64,000 nucleotides of DNA from NCBI GenBank assembly GCA_029570205.1, contig JAKQSI010000048.1:20857-84856 (forward strand), written 5' to 3'. Made by a program: the position numbers and the translations under genes. Below the pieces are notes generated by a model that was not told the DNA's origin, ran no database searches, and worked only from the letters and a program-made list of their open reading frames with translations. The DNA comes from Candidatus Omnitrophota bacterium (GTDB taxonomy: Bacteria > Hinthialibacterota > Hinthialibacteria > Hinthialibacterales > JAKPRU01). Positions within the stretch are counted from its first letter, which is position 1; the number at the start of each line of letters is the position of its first letter. This document shows positions 1 to 10,222 of the stretch, piece after piece.

Positions 1-2
1 TT

Positions 3-68
3 TCCGAACAGGATCGTGCGCAGATTCTGGGCGGTACACTGCTGCGCCTGCTGGGAGAAAACTTATGA
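3..68 (+). CDS. 3' end of an upstream amidohydrolase-family paralog (partial, continues off-window)
   Basis: Frame 3 reads ...SEQDRAQILGGTLLRLLGENL*. This ending mirrors the ...SGNALRLLGH C-terminus of the next gene. The stop TGA (66-68) overlaps the next ATG (ATGA). Confidence 0.4.
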   Translation, partial: SEQDRAQILGGTLLRLLGENL

Positions 69-802
69 CTCTGCGACGAATCGACGTCCATGCCCATTAT
101 GGTCATTGGCCGTTTGCTTCAACCGACCACAGTTTTCCTGCGCTGCTGGCAATGGTACACGAAGCTGGGATCGACCAGTGCTGGCTGTCATCCGCGAAAG
201 CGATTACGGCCGATTTGGTTGAAGGCAACCGTGAATTATTCGAAAGGATTGAGTCACATCCCGAACTGGCAGGCCAGGTGGTTATCAATCCGCATTTTGT
301 CCGCGAGTCCATTGAAGAGATTAACAAATATGTGAATCATCCGCAGTTTGTCGGATTGAAGACTCATCCGACGTACTGTGCAGAGAGTTGCGACAGTCGT
401 GGGTATCGCGAGATATTCGATGCCTATTCGCGAATATCCGACAAGCCCATCCTGGTGCACTGTTTTCTGTTGGGGGAAGCGCAGGCATTGATTCGCATGG
501 CGGCGGATTTCCTGTCGTTGCCGTTTATTATGGCGCATCTCGGGGGGGCGGAATGGAAAGCGGCGGTCGAGAGTGCGGCGGATATCAGCAATATCTATTT
601 CGAACCGGCGTGCAGTTTGCCGTTGGCCGACAAGATTGCGTATGCGGTGCGATGCGCCGGACCGGAACGTTTCCTGTTCGGAACCGATCTCACGTTACTT
701 GATCCGTGGTTCAGTATCGGGATGGTTGAGTCCTCCCAAATCAACGAGGAAACGAAACACTTGATTTACTCCGGGAATGCTCTGCGATTGTTGGGTCACT
801 GA
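65..802 (+). CDS. amidohydrolase-2 / TIM-barrel metal-dependent hydrolase family protein
   Basis: 245-aa ORF. N-terminal 'IDVHAHYGHWPF' resembles a His-His metal-binding motif. 'MAHLGG' and 'FGTDL' resemble the downstream conserved His/Asp motifs of amidohydrolase_2. Confidence 0.55.
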   Translation: MTLRRIDVHAHYGHWPFASTDHSFPALLAMVHEAGIDQCWLSSAKAITADLVEGNRELFERIESHPELAGQVVINPHFVRESIEEINKYVNHPQFVGLKTHPTYCAESCDSRGYREIFDAYSRISDKPILVHCFLLGEAQALIRMAADFLSLPFIMAHLGGAEWKAAVESAADISNIYFEPACSLPLADKIAYAVRCAGPERFLFGTDLTLLDPWFSIGMVESSQINEETKHLIYSGNALRLLGH

Positions 803-830
803 CGTTGTGTTGACAGTTGAGGGTGAACGG

Positions 831-1640
831 TCATTCGGTGGGGAGCTTTTCGCGAACGACGGAACCCGGAGGAGAGATTTCCGAAAGGACCTTTTCGAGG
901 AATCCGGGGAAAATCGGCAACGGTCTCAGCAGATCCGTTCGGACAAACAGGGCATAACGACTGGGGGCCTCAAAACGGCTGATGACCCGCAATTCAGGGA
1001 TGGCCTTGTCGAGACCGTAATCCCGCAGAACCTTCTCCGCCTCCCCTTCCGGCAGCCCGGCGGCATCAATGGTTCCGGCGAAAAGATGATGAACCACTTC
1101 CCGCGCGCTTCCCAGCGCCCGAACCGGGGTCTCCTCCGGTCCCAGACCGGCGCTGCGCAATAGCCCGTTTTGCGCCCCTCCGCCCAGGGGAAACGCCAAG
1201 TCGATTACCCCGACGATTTTGCCTTTCAAATCCGCCATGCTCTTGATGCCTGTCTGCCTGGTTGTAAGCAGGGTCGCCCCGTTTACCGCCGGGATTACCG
1301 GATCGGTCCAGGTGAGAAAAGGAACGTAGTTTGTGCCGATTGTTGCCAGGAGGAATTGATATTCCCCGATAACCACATCCGGCTTTCGTAGAGCGACCTG
1401 TCCGGCGACCTGCGACCAGGGCATGGAGGTTTCATCCGACCAATGGATCCTCGCCGCGCGGTCCAAAGCCGTCGTATTCCACACCTGGATGACCTTGTGC
1501 CGATCGGGGGGAAAAACATCCGGGGTGGCACACGGCGGCACAGGAGCCACAAAAATCCGAAAAATGCGGGGAGGTTCCTGCGCCCGGGCGGTCAGGGACA
1601 AGAAAACAAAAATAATGATCCCTTTCTGAACAACGTTCAT
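831..1640 (-). CDS. periplasmic ABC-transporter substrate-binding protein (PhnD/SsuA-like, phosphonate/phosphite type)
   Basis: 269 aa with an N-terminal signal peptide (MNVVQKGIIIFVFLSLTARA). Two-lobed SBP-like composition. The family assignment is from pattern only. Confidence 0.4.
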   Translation of the reverse strand: MNVVQKGIIIFVFLSLTARAQEPPRIFRIFVAPVPPCATPDVFPPDRHKVIQVWNTTALDRAARIHWSDETSMPWSQVAGQVALRKPDVVIGEYQFLLATIGTNYVPFLTWTDPVIPAVNGATLLTTRQTGIKSMADLKGKIVGVIDLAFPLGGGAQNGLLRSAGLGPEETPVRALGSAREVVHHLFAGTIDAAGLPEGEAEKVLRDYGLDKAIPELRVISRFEAPSRYALFVRTDLLRPLPIFPGFLEKVLSEISPPGSVVREKLPTE

Positions 1641-1673
1641 CGGACTTTTCTTTTGTTGTGTGGCATAGGTACT

Positions 1674-4037
1674 TTACCGCATTTTGTCATTTCGACCGAA
1701 GTCAGTAGGGGCACGTTGCAACGTGCCCCTGCTTCCACACACCGGCCTCTCTTTGCTGTTCAGATTCTGCCATACGGCAAACGGGCAATGTGGCGGCTGG
1801 TGAAGATCCGGGTCTGCCTGATACAAATCCGCCACGGCGATCTGGGCATTTTTCAACCATTCGGTATCCCGAACGGGGTCTGCCACCCGAAATGTCCAGA
1901 GGCCGCTCTGACGGATTCCGAATAATTCCCCCGGACCACGCAAACGCAAATCCTGCTCCGCAAGGTAAAACCCATCCCGCGACTGTTCCAGCACTTCCAG
2001 TCTCTGTTTGGCAAACGTGCTGATGTTCGATTTTGTTACCAGGACGCAATAGGATTTTTCCGTTCCTCGTCCTACTCTTCCCCGCAACTGATGCAGTTGG
2101 GCCAGGCCGAAACGGTCTGCTCCCAGCACAACCATGACGGTCGCCCGTGGGAGATCCACACCGACCTCTACCACGGTTGTCGCAACAACAAGGTCCAAAT
2201 CTCCCTCGGCGAGCGCACGCATAACCTCGTTTCGCTCGTCGGCCTTGAACCGCCCATGCAGAAGCGCAATCCGCCGGTGGGAGAACTCCGACTGCGATAG
2301 AGTCTGATAGAACTCTTCCGCCGAGGGATATGCGCCGATCTCATCTCCGGGATCGATTACCGGACAGACCACATAAGCCTGTTGGCCAAGGGCCAGTTTT
2401 TTATCGACAAATTCCCAGACCTTATCGATCTTGTCCCAGGTAGTCCAGCGGGTTCTGACAGGGGGTCTTCCGGCCGGCAGTTCGTGGATCTCGGAAATAT
2501 CCATATCGCCGTACCATGTCAGGGCCAGCGTTCGCGGGATGGGGGTTGCGGACATCAGAAGCAGATCGGGCCGGGTTCCCTTTTCCACCAGCCTGGATCG
2601 TTGCGCAACACCGAACTTGTGCTGCTCGTCGATGACCACCAGTCCAAGGCGATCGAACTCGATTCGCTCTTCAAAAAGCGCATGGGTTCCGATGACAATA
2701 TTCAGAGACCCTGCTTCCAGCGCCTGAAGGATCGGTTTCCGTGCCCGCTCGGTCATTCCGCCGCGCAAGGAAGCCACACTCAGTTCGGGGATGTTTTTCT
2801 TGAGTCGCAGGAAGGTGTTGAGATGCTGCTCGGCCAGGATTTCCGTGGGGACCATCATGGCCGCCTGATATCCGCCGGCAGCAGCCAGGATCAACGCGTA
2901 GAATGCCACGACGGTTTTTCCCGATCCGACCTCCCCCTGCAATATCCGGTTCATCGGAGTGGGATTGAGCATGTCCTGCTGGATTTCCCGCACGGCGCGC
3001 ACCTGATCGCCGGTCAGCTGAAACGGCAGAGCCTCCACGTAACGCGCCGGCCATGTTGCCGGGATTCTCTCGGAAGTCGCCACCCTACTCCCTCCGGGAG
3101 AGGAAGAATCCGGCCCGCTCTCCGATGCTAATGGATCGGGAACCGGCGGAGCGTGTTGCACCCCCTGCGCAGACCGGATGGCAGATCGACTTTGGGCGAG
3201 CCGCCATCGCAGCTGAAAGAATTCCTCGAAAATCAGACGATGGCGGGCAGCGATCCATGCGCCCGTGGAGGGCGCTCGAAACGCATCCGCATCTTCCTCC
3301 GGCAACTGCTCAAACAGGTCGGGGTCGTTTCCTGCTGCATTGATGGTCGGTACGCCATCCGCAGGTTCCGGCTGGTGAATAACTCGCAGGGCTTCTCCTA
3401 ATGTCGGCAGGGAATACCGAGCCAGAATGTCCAACGGGAGAAATTCCAGCGCTGGAGGAACATATTTCTCCAGCGCCGAGCCGATCATGGCCCGGAGGTG
3501 TTTTTGTTTCAGACCTTCGGTAAGCGGGTAAAGCGGAAGAATCCTGCCCTCGGTGTCCTCCTCATCGGATTCATCCACCCATTCGATCTCAGGGGAGGTC
3601 ATTTTCAAGGTGAAGTTCCGGTCGTCGAGTTTTCCGAAAAGGCGGAGACGTGCCCCCGGACGAAGTTTGTCTTTGAGATAGGCCTGGTTGAACCACACGG
3701 CCGCCACAGAGGTCCCGCCCGTATCAATCACCGCCTCTACGATATTACGCACTCGGCTGTGGGGACGGGCGCGGCGGGCGTAAACGGAATTGACTGTGCC
3801 CTGAATAGTCACGGACTTTCCGGGTGTCACGGCCGCGAGAGACCCGACCACACGCCGGTCTACGTATGCTCGCGGCAGATGCCACAGCAGGTCATAGAGG
3901 GTTTCAATCCCCAGTCGGGCCAGAATGGAAGCACGCCGGGGACCGACCCCCTTTACATACTGCACAGATGCCAAAAGAGGCTCCAGAAGTTTGCGAGCCT
4001 CCATATCCGACACCGAGTCAGCCATTCCTCGAACCAT
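1674..4037 (-). CDS. recG: ATP-dependent DNA helicase RecG
   Basis: N-terminal helix-hairpin region (LLEPLLASVQYVKGVGPRRASILARLGIETLYDLL), Walker A GSGKTVVA, DEQHKFGV (DEAH-like box) and SAT motif are in RecG order. The start is probably the MADSV methionine at 4025. Confidence 0.85.
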   Translation of the reverse strand: MVRGMADSVSDMEARKLLEPLLASVQYVKGVGPRRASILARLGIETLYDLLWHLPRAYVDRRVVGSLAAVTPGKSVTIQGTVNSVYARRARPHSRVRNIVEAVIDTGGTSVAAVWFNQAYLKDKLRPGARLRLFGKLDDRNFTLKMTSPEIEWVDESDEEDTEGRILPLYPLTEGLKQKHLRAMIGSALEKYVPPALEFLPLDILARYSLPTLGEALRVIHQPEPADGVPTINAAGNDPDLFEQLPEEDADAFRAPSTGAWIAARHRLIFEEFFQLRWRLAQSRSAIRSAQGVQHAPPVPDPLASESGPDSSSPGGSRVATSERIPATWPARYVEALPFQLTGDQVRAVREIQQDMLNPTPMNRILQGEVGSGKTVVAFYALILAAAGGYQAAMMVPTEILAEQHLNTFLRLKKNIPELSVASLRGGMTERARKPILQALEAGSLNIVIGTHALFEERIEFDRLGLVVIDEQHKFGVAQRSRLVEKGTRPDLLLMSATPIPRTLALTWYGDMDISEIHELPAGRPPVRTRWTTWDKIDKVWEFVDKKLALGQQAYVVCPVIDPGDEIGAYPSAEEFYQTLSQSEFSHRRIALLHGRFKADERNEVMRALAEGDLDLVVATTVVEVGVDLPRATVMVVLGADRFGLAQLHQLRGRVGRGTEKSYCVLVTKSNISTFAKQRLEVLEQSRDGFYLAEQDLRLRGPGELFGIRQSGLWTFRVADPVRDTEWLKNAQIAVADLYQADPDLHQPPHCPFAVWQNLNSKERPVCGSRGTLQRAPTDFGRNDKMR

Positions 4038-4122
4038 CCTCCGGAATCAGGACCATTGTATGGGCGATCGGCTCATAAGGGGATGGGGAGATATCCGCTC
4101 TCAACAAATCCGGCCCCGCGAA

Positions 4123-6429
4123 TCAAAGAAGGTTGTACTTTCCCCCCAGACCAAGAAAGCGCAACAGAAATCGAATGGTGTAGTCTTCGTCCCGATCCAG
4201 ACGATTCCGATGTTCCAATTCGACAATCGCCTGAAAATCATGCAGGTTCCGAATAATGCTCAGGCGGCTCTTTCGGAGAATACTCTCATCCGCATCGTAT
4301 CGTTGACCGAGACGGAGTGAATATTTTTCGGATAATTTCAGTTGCGTATTCCAATACAACTCCTCCTGGCTGTCCACATCGATCAGTTCGTCCTCGAACG
4401 TGTTGAATCCGATACGGGAACTCCACCGGGCAATCGGTCGAACATCCACATAGACGTTGCTGGATCGTACCGTGCTGTCGTCGATGTCGTACCGGAGGTT
4501 GTTTCCGAGGGCAAACCAGTTTACCGGCGCCAGTTCGAATTCCTCGAAATAATCCGTGTAGCGATGATCGTCGGAATCCGCCTTGTCGTTGATGTAGGAC
4601 AGGTTATCGAAACGGAGATTCTCATCCGGGAAGTAATCGTAGGCGCTGCCCATGGTCAACCGGGCCAGCGTGTGAGTACCGTCCGGGGCCTTTCGCTGAA
4701 GCTTCGTATTGACCCGCGCGGATATACGGTGGAAAGTAGCGCGGAAGTCGTCAACATCGTCGATATACGGGAACCGATCACGCGGATCGACATCCAGGCC
4801 GATTTCCTCGAGATCCGTGTCCGGCTGAAAATAATCATATCCGAGAATCGGCTCGAACACGAAGCGCATTTTCCCCCAGGAACCCCCGGGATCGAAATAG
4901 GCAATGGATCGTGTACCGAGTTCGGTGCCGGTCTCAAGCATCCCACGGAACTCATCGTCAAATTCTTCATTTGCCAGGGCACGAGTCCGGCGGACCGGGT
5001 CGGAATAATTGGTCCCACGGTATCCGAGATAGGGCTGTAAGTACCAGCCGTATGCGAGGTCGAAGGGAGAGAAAAGCCGTAATTCGGCGTCGGTTCGCTG
5101 AATCTCTTCGATGTAATTGGTTTCATCCTTGGCGGAATGTCGGGGTTGATACCCCTGTTCGCGCCGGGCATCGTCATAGGCAACATGGGCGTCCAGATAA
5201 AGGCGCGTATCCATGAAGCTGGACGGCATCAAATCCCAGCGGGCCTGGGGAAGACGCTCGGTTCGTGGCAGCTGGCTGTAAAAGTAATCCTCAAGGTATT
5301 TTGTCCCGGTAACCCGGATTGTTTGACGATCCCAGCTCTTGGATACGGAGAGATCGGAGGGATAGTCCCGTTCGAGTTCATCGGAGGAAACACCGCGCAT
5401 CTCCATGACACTATCGAAATCTTCATTGAACTCAAAATCGGAAGAGCGGTGGAACCGGCTTCGCACGGTGATATCATAAGGGAGTGTCTGTCGGTAGTAC
5501 CCGTCGAGCCGATACCGATCGTCATCTTCAAAAAAATCGTCATCATCCGCATCACGCTGGCTCACCCCATACCATCGGATTCTCCCGTCCGGCCCGCCTT
5601 CACCGGGGAAATGAAAGTTCCAGGATGCCCCATACCCATACCCGACGTCCGAGAAGGTATCGCCGAAGAATGCGAGACGAAGACGGGGGTCCAGGTGTAC
5701 AATCAATTTGTGCATCGTGGTGAATCCCAGATGTCCCAAACTGGCGGCGCCGAAAATGTAGGCAATCCGAGGTCGGGCCAGGGAACGGGTAAAATAAGGC
5801 AAGTATCCCAGCGGGAAACCGTTCTGTACCCACCAGATGTCATACAACCAAAATCGGTCGCCCGGCAGAACAGTCATGGTGTCGTATTCAATGTAATAAT
5901 GGGGAACCGGCATGTCGCAGGTGGTGACCGTTCCGTCGAGAATGGTGTATTGGTCGATCATCTTCGGTTCGGTGGCTCCCCGGGGGATGTTGCCGGGGAC
6001 CTCCTGACGGATGACTTCTTTGCCGGTGATGTATAGTTCGGGGTCGATATAGGAATGTCTCAGGTTATAGAGGCGGGCTTCCTCCTTTTCGAGGTCGTAA
6101 ACCACCTGGTCGGCTACCATCAGCCGACCGTTGTCCCACATTCTGACATCTCCCTGGGCGCGGATCTGCTGTACATTCTGATCCACAACGACTTCGTCGG
6201 CGGTGATCGAGCGGTCTCCATAGACGACATTTGCCCGTTCATCTTCCCGACTCTTGATAATCAGCACACCTTCATCGCCCAGGTATTCCGCATCCCCGTG
6301 GCATTGAATCGGAATAGGAACGGGAAATGTGAATTCAGCGGTGGCATCCTCCTGCGCCCGGGTTGAGGAGGGGAAAATTGCCAAGCCGATGAAAACAGGA
6401 AACCACAGGCAAAATCCCGTCCGGACCAT
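4123..6429 (-). CDS. lptD: LptD/OstA-like outer-membrane LPS-assembly protein
   Basis: Signal peptide (MVRTGFCLWFPVFIGLAIFPSSTRAQ) begins at the internal ATG 6427-6429. It has an OstA-like N-terminal beta-jellyroll (DEVVVDQNVQQIRAQGDVRMWDNGRLMVADQVVYDL). The long C-terminus is aromatic- and Gly-rich, consistent with a beta-barrel. The ORF track extends to 6693, but the upstream part lacks a signal peptide. Confidence 0.55.
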   Translation of the reverse strand: MVRTGFCLWFPVFIGLAIFPSSTRAQEDATAEFTFPVPIPIQCHGDAEYLGDEGVLIIKSREDERANVVYGDRSITADEVVVDQNVQQIRAQGDVRMWDNGRLMVADQVVYDLEKEEARLYNLRHSYIDPELYITGKEVIRQEVPGNIPRGATEPKMIDQYTILDGTVTTCDMPVPHYYIEYDTMTVLPGDRFWLYDIWWVQNGFPLGYLPYFTRSLARPRIAYIFGAASLGHLGFTTMHKLIVHLDPRLRLAFFGDTFSDVGYGYGASWNFHFPGEGGPDGRIRWYGVSQRDADDDDFFEDDDRYRLDGYYRQTLPYDITVRSRFHRSSDFEFNEDFDSVMEMRGVSSDELERDYPSDLSVSKSWDRQTIRVTGTKYLEDYFYSQLPRTERLPQARWDLMPSSFMDTRLYLDAHVAYDDARREQGYQPRHSAKDETNYIEEIQRTDAELRLFSPFDLAYGWYLQPYLGYRGTNYSDPVRRTRALANEEFDDEFRGMLETGTELGTRSIAYFDPGGSWGKMRFVFEPILGYDYFQPDTDLEEIGLDVDPRDRFPYIDDVDDFRATFHRISARVNTKLQRKAPDGTHTLARLTMGSAYDYFPDENLRFDNLSYINDKADSDDHRYTDYFEEFELAPVNWFALGNNLRYDIDDSTVRSSNVYVDVRPIARWSSRIGFNTFEDELIDVDSQEELYWNTQLKLSEKYSLRLGQRYDADESILRKSRLSIIRNLHDFQAIVELEHRNRLDRDEDYTIRFLLRFLGLGGKYNLL

Positions 6430-6577
6430 CGCGCGGGCAGAGTACGCCTGGGGAACCACGCGGTTGGATGAGATTCCGGTCACAGGCATCAACCCGATAA
6501 ACAAAAGATTCTCTCTTCTACCATAGGCGTTCACCGGCGTCAATTTCCATGCGTTCGGATTTTGCGGGGAAAGAGGC

Positions 6578-7090
6578 TCATTTTTCCGCAAAGGTTCCCA
6601 GGATTTCCCCGTAATAGACCCGATGAAGGTCCGCATTCGGGTAAGCGGACTGCATGATCTCCTCGGCCAGATGTCCCGCCCGGATGTCTTCATAGTTGAC
6701 CACCACGCACTCGTAGCAGATTTCGCATTCCACGATGGTAGGGGATTTCACGAATTTTCCCGGAGCGGGTGTGATTTTGCATTCGGCGAATTTGTCTTTC
6801 TCTCTGCCGGATCGGCTGCCGCAGATCATGGTCACCTGCTCCATCCCCGGCGCGGGAACATTGACGGTGAAATCGCCGGTTGCCTCGATACAGCCATAGG
6901 TATACCTGGACGGACGCACCAAGACCGTGAAAATCGGCTTTCCCCAGACCACACCGACGGTTCCCCAGCCGATGGTCATCACGTTCGGTTTCAGGTTCCG
7001 GTCGAGGGAAGCCAGCAACAACCCGGCGCTTTCAAGCCTTTGCAGAGTCACATCCAGCAGATGGGTGTAGGGAACCTCGATCTTCGCCAT
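6578..7090 (-). CDS. flavin reductase-like (FMN-binding split-barrel) domain protein
   Basis: 170 aa. 'NVMTIGWGTVGVVWGKPIFTVLVRPSRYT' matches the flavin-reductase-like domain core. Confidence 0.55.
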   Translation of the reverse strand: MAKIEVPYTHLLDVTLQRLESAGLLLASLDRNLKPNVMTIGWGTVGVVWGKPIFTVLVRPSRYTYGCIEATGDFTVNVPAPGMEQVTMICGSRSGREKDKFAECKITPAPGKFVKSPTIVECEICYECVVVNYEDIRAGHLAEEIMQSAYPNADLHRVYYGEILGTFAEK

Positions 7091-7184
7091 ATTGCTTACC
7101 TCCCAAAGTCTGCTATGGACCTTTTCGGAACACCCCGTTTCGGGGTAATGAGCAATGAGACAGGGAATTTCCTTTCAATTCAAG

Positions 7185-7262
7185 GGAGATCCGTTGATGA
7201 GACCGAGAATCGCTCTTCCTCTTTCCGTTTGGTACGGGTTGAAGTAGGATTCTGAGGATAAC
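7185..7262. repeat. left copy of an ~80-bp imperfect direct repeat bracketing the low-GC island
   Basis: GGAGATCCGTTGAT...TCCTCTTTCCGTTTGGTACGGGTTGAAGTAGGATTCTGAGGATAAC. Two perfectly shared blocks of 14 and 15 nt plus a 20-nt near-identical core, with a divergent 18/24-nt spacer. The second copy is at 11833-11915. Confidence 0.6.
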
Positions 7263-7389
7263 CTGGAGACAATGTGGCATCCATGGTGTCCAGGAAGCGG
7301 GAGAAGACGCGGTAGGCAAATTATGGCATGGCGTGAGATGAACAGAGCCAGATGTGAAATAACCGAATAGAAACGGAAGGGATTCGCCA

Positions 7390-9222
7390 ATGAGGATCTC
7401 ACACATCAAAATCCACAATTTTCGGAGTATTCGAGAATTGGAAATTGTTTGCAGGCCCTTGATGATTCTGTTGGGACCAAACAACCACGGGAAGTCAAAT
7501 GTTCTGGCCGCTCTGGAGTTTTTCCTTACCCCTGGCGAGAAGGTCGAAAGATCGGATCTTTTTGATTTCGACTCGCGCAAGGATGAGCAAATCTGGGTTG
7601 AAGTCGAATTTCGGGAATTGACGCGCCAGGAGAAGACGACTTTTAAGAAGTACCTTCTGAGCGACCAAAGCCTTCGGGTCAGAAAGACGGCTACGTTTGA
7701 AGGAGACAAGCCGACATTCCAGTATCAGGGTTGGCTGGAAGAACCAAGGGTGGAGTGGCTTAGAGCTGACAATGCTGGAGATTATACGAATCGGGAGAAT
7801 ATTGGGGGAACCGGTTTGAAGGATTATATCCCAGCCTCGGGTAGATTGAGTAAGGCCAAGGTTGAAGAAGCGCAGCAAGCCTACTTTGCCGAACATCGCG
7901 AAGAATTGACGTTGGACCTTGTCTTTGAATCAGGAAACTTCCTCGGTCAGAAAAGTGTGGGCGGTGGCGTGCTGCCAGATTTCTATCTGGTTCCGGCTGT
8001 GCGTGATCTGTCCGACGAAACCAAGATCAAGAGCACAGCGCTATTGGGTCGCTTGGTAAATCGGGCAGTTCAGATCATGAGTGAGACGGACCCAGCATTC
8101 CTCGAAATTCAGAAACAGTTGGAGAAACAGATTGCACGACTGAATGAAAGGGACGTGGATGATCAACCGAAGATAGAACAGATTCGGGAAATTAAGTCTG
8201 GTCTGGAGGGCGAGCTGAAATCTTGGGACGTGAAGATTGACCTCCAGATCGAAACCCCCTCCATTGACAAGATTTTTGAACTGGGGACCTATTTACATCT
8301 CGATGACGGAATTCGCACCTTGGCCGAAAAGAAAGGCCACGGTCTCCAGCGTGCCCTGATTTTCGCACTGCTAAAGACATGGGCAAGGTTTGTCAGGTTA
8401 CAAACAGAAGAAGATAGTGGCGGGGAAACAAAGCCGCGAGTGAGTTCCGATTCGGTTTACTTCGCAATTGAGGAACCCGAACTATTCCTTCACCCCCAGG
8501 CGCAACGAGAATTGGCAACATCCTTGGCGATACTGGCCGAAGCCGAAGGATGTCAGGTGTTCGTTTGCACACACTCCAGTCATTTTGTTGATATGGAGCA
8601 ATATCAAAGCATCTGTCTGATCTCAAAACACAACCCACGGGAAGGATCGACTGTGCGTCAGTGCACACAGGACCTTTTTCCCGGAGACGACAACAAGGTC
8701 AAGAAAGATCGTCTGAATATGGCCTACTGGATCAATCCTGATCGTGGCGAAATGTTCTTCGGACGCAAAGTTATCTTTGTGGAAGGTCCCACAGAGAAAA
8801 CAGTGATTCCGTTTCTCGCTCGGAAAATGGACATTTTCGACAATGCGGTTTCTATAATAGACTGCGGTACAAAGCACAATCTTCCACTTTACATGACAAT
8901 CGCCAAGGCCTTCGCGCTCGATTACGTCGTTATCCACGATGAAGATCCGCTGCCCGACCCGATTCCCAACGATTGGCCCGATGACAAGAGAAAGGCGAAG
9001 AAAAATACGTTTGATCTGAATGCCACCATCCAATCATTGCTGGACGGCTCCCAAGGAAAAGTGCTCATGATCTCGCCGGATTTTGAGGAAGTTGCAGGCA
9101 TATCAAAGAGTCAGGGGGATAAGGTTGGCAAACCTCTTGCCGCCTTGCAGTATTTCGAAGACAAGTCCACGGAGAGCATTCCTGAGAGAATTCGAGAGTT
9201 GGTTCAGACCATATATGAGTGA
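7390..9222 (+). CDS. OLD-family (overcoming lysogenization defect) ATP-dependent endonuclease: N-terminal ABC-type ATPase + C-terminal Toprim
   Basis: 610 aa. Walker A 'LLGPNNHGKSNVL' at residues ~27-39. Signature/Q-like 'GHGLQRALIFALL'. Walker B/D-loop 'VYFAIEEPELFLHPQAQ'. C-terminal Toprim 'VIFVEGPTEKTVIPF...IIDCGTKHNL...YVVIHDEDP' (E, DxD). RBS GGAAGGG before the ATG. Confidence 0.75.
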   Translation: MRISHIKIHNFRSIRELEIVCRPLMILLGPNNHGKSNVLAALEFFLTPGEKVERSDLFDFDSRKDEQIWVEVEFRELTRQEKTTFKKYLLSDQSLRVRKTATFEGDKPTFQYQGWLEEPRVEWLRADNAGDYTNRENIGGTGLKDYIPASGRLSKAKVEEAQQAYFAEHREELTLDLVFESGNFLGQKSVGGGVLPDFYLVPAVRDLSDETKIKSTALLGRLVNRAVQIMSETDPAFLEIQKQLEKQIARLNERDVDDQPKIEQIREIKSGLEGELKSWDVKIDLQIETPSIDKIFELGTYLHLDDGIRTLAEKKGHGLQRALIFALLKTWARFVRLQTEEDSGGETKPRVSSDSVYFAIEEPELFLHPQAQRELATSLAILAEAEGCQVFVCTHSSHFVDMEQYQSICLISKHNPREGSTVRQCTQDLFPGDDNKVKKDRLNMAYWINPDRGEMFFGRKVIFVEGPTEKTVIPFLARKMDIFDNAVSIIDCGTKHNLPLYMTIAKAFALDYVVIHDEDPLPDPIPNDWPDDKRKAKKNTFDLNATIQSLLDGSQGKVLMISPDFEEVAGISKSQGDKVGKPLAALQYFEDKSTESIPERIRELVQTIYE

Positions 9223-10220
9223 TATTGCGTGAGCCCAACCGGAAAGCGATTTATGCAATGCCCGTTAATATGGACAAACCACATCTTTGGAAAGCAGACA
9301 TCGGGCGTTCCGTCGATTTCTACAACGACTGGTTCATGCGGTTTGCTCCGAAGGCATATCGAGATACCCGACAGGAAACAACCCGACAGGTGGAAGCCGC
9401 ACTCCGTTTGACTGGCAATCTAACCGACATTTCCCCGGAAACACTGTCACAGCATCCGGAGATACTTCCCATTTTTCGCATGGCAACTGCTCCGCCTATC
9501 GCTCGTGACAGATTGATAGGGCTTGCGTCCATCTCACCAAACCTCGTGAAGAACATGGAACTGAACCGGCGCATTCCTCCGAATATGGCGAACCAGAGAG
9601 TTGCAGACGAATTGGGACGAATCGGCTCTCTTATTCGGAAACTGGCCGATGCTGACATTCTTCCTTGGCTTGAAGACGAACATGTGCCAAAGAAGGCTGT
9701 CGTTCACCGCGCGGCAACAGTCATCGCGGATCGACTCTGTGGAGCGTCTGCAGATCCTATTATTCGAAACGCTCAGGAAAGACGCCAACTTGCGTTTATT
9801 CAAGACTGGCTTGAGAAGCGTCAATACCGAAATATAAAGCCCTCGATGGTCTCCGACTTCCGGGAAATGGAACCAGCCACTTTCTCCTTTCACCTCAACG
9901 CGCCCGTGACGCTCGAAGGTGGCCAAACTCGGATCAATATCCCCATTGATGTCGTGATCATGCCAAAGCAACGCAAGAGAAACCTCTTGCCGATTTTGAT
10001 TGAATGCAAGTCAGCGGGCGACTTCACGAATACAAACAAGCGCCGCAAGGAAGAAGCCATGAAGATTACCCAGCTACGATCCAATTATGGAAAGGATGTC
10101 TGCTTTATCCTATTCCTGTGCGGCTACTTCGACAGCGGTTATTTGGGTTATGAAGCCGCAGAGGGATTGGATTGGGTTTGGGAACATCGGATTGACGACC
10201 TGGTTTGCTTCGGAATTTGA
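9219..10220 (+). CDS. putative Type II restriction endonuclease (PD-(D/E)xK fold; possibly XamI/SalI-like family)
   Basis: 333 aa. The GTG start overlaps the upstream stop (GTGA); the first ATG is at 9258. Candidate catalytic core 'IDVVIMPKQRKRNLLPILIECKSAGD' (D...ExK) near the C-terminus. The gene immediately precedes and overlaps a DNA MTase gene. The family call is tentative. Confidence 0.45.
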   Translation: MILREPNRKAIYAMPVNMDKPHLWKADIGRSVDFYNDWFMRFAPKAYRDTRQETTRQVEAALRLTGNLTDISPETLSQHPEILPIFRMATAPPIARDRLIGLASISPNLVKNMELNRRIPPNMANQRVADELGRIGSLIRKLADADILPWLEDEHVPKKAVVHRAATVIADRLCGASADPIIRNAQERRQLAFIQDWLEKRQYRNIKPSMVSDFREMEPATFSFHLNAPVTLEGGQTRINIPIDVVIMPKQRKRNLLPILIECKSAGDFTNTNKRRKEEAMKITQLRSNYGKDVCFILFLCGYFDSGYLGYEAAEGLDWVWEHRIDDLVCFGI

Positions 10221-10222
10221 AG

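Noticed and set aside
2382-3131. 249-aa plus-strand ORF inside recG
   Set aside because: Antisense to RecG helicase motifs, with no features of its own.
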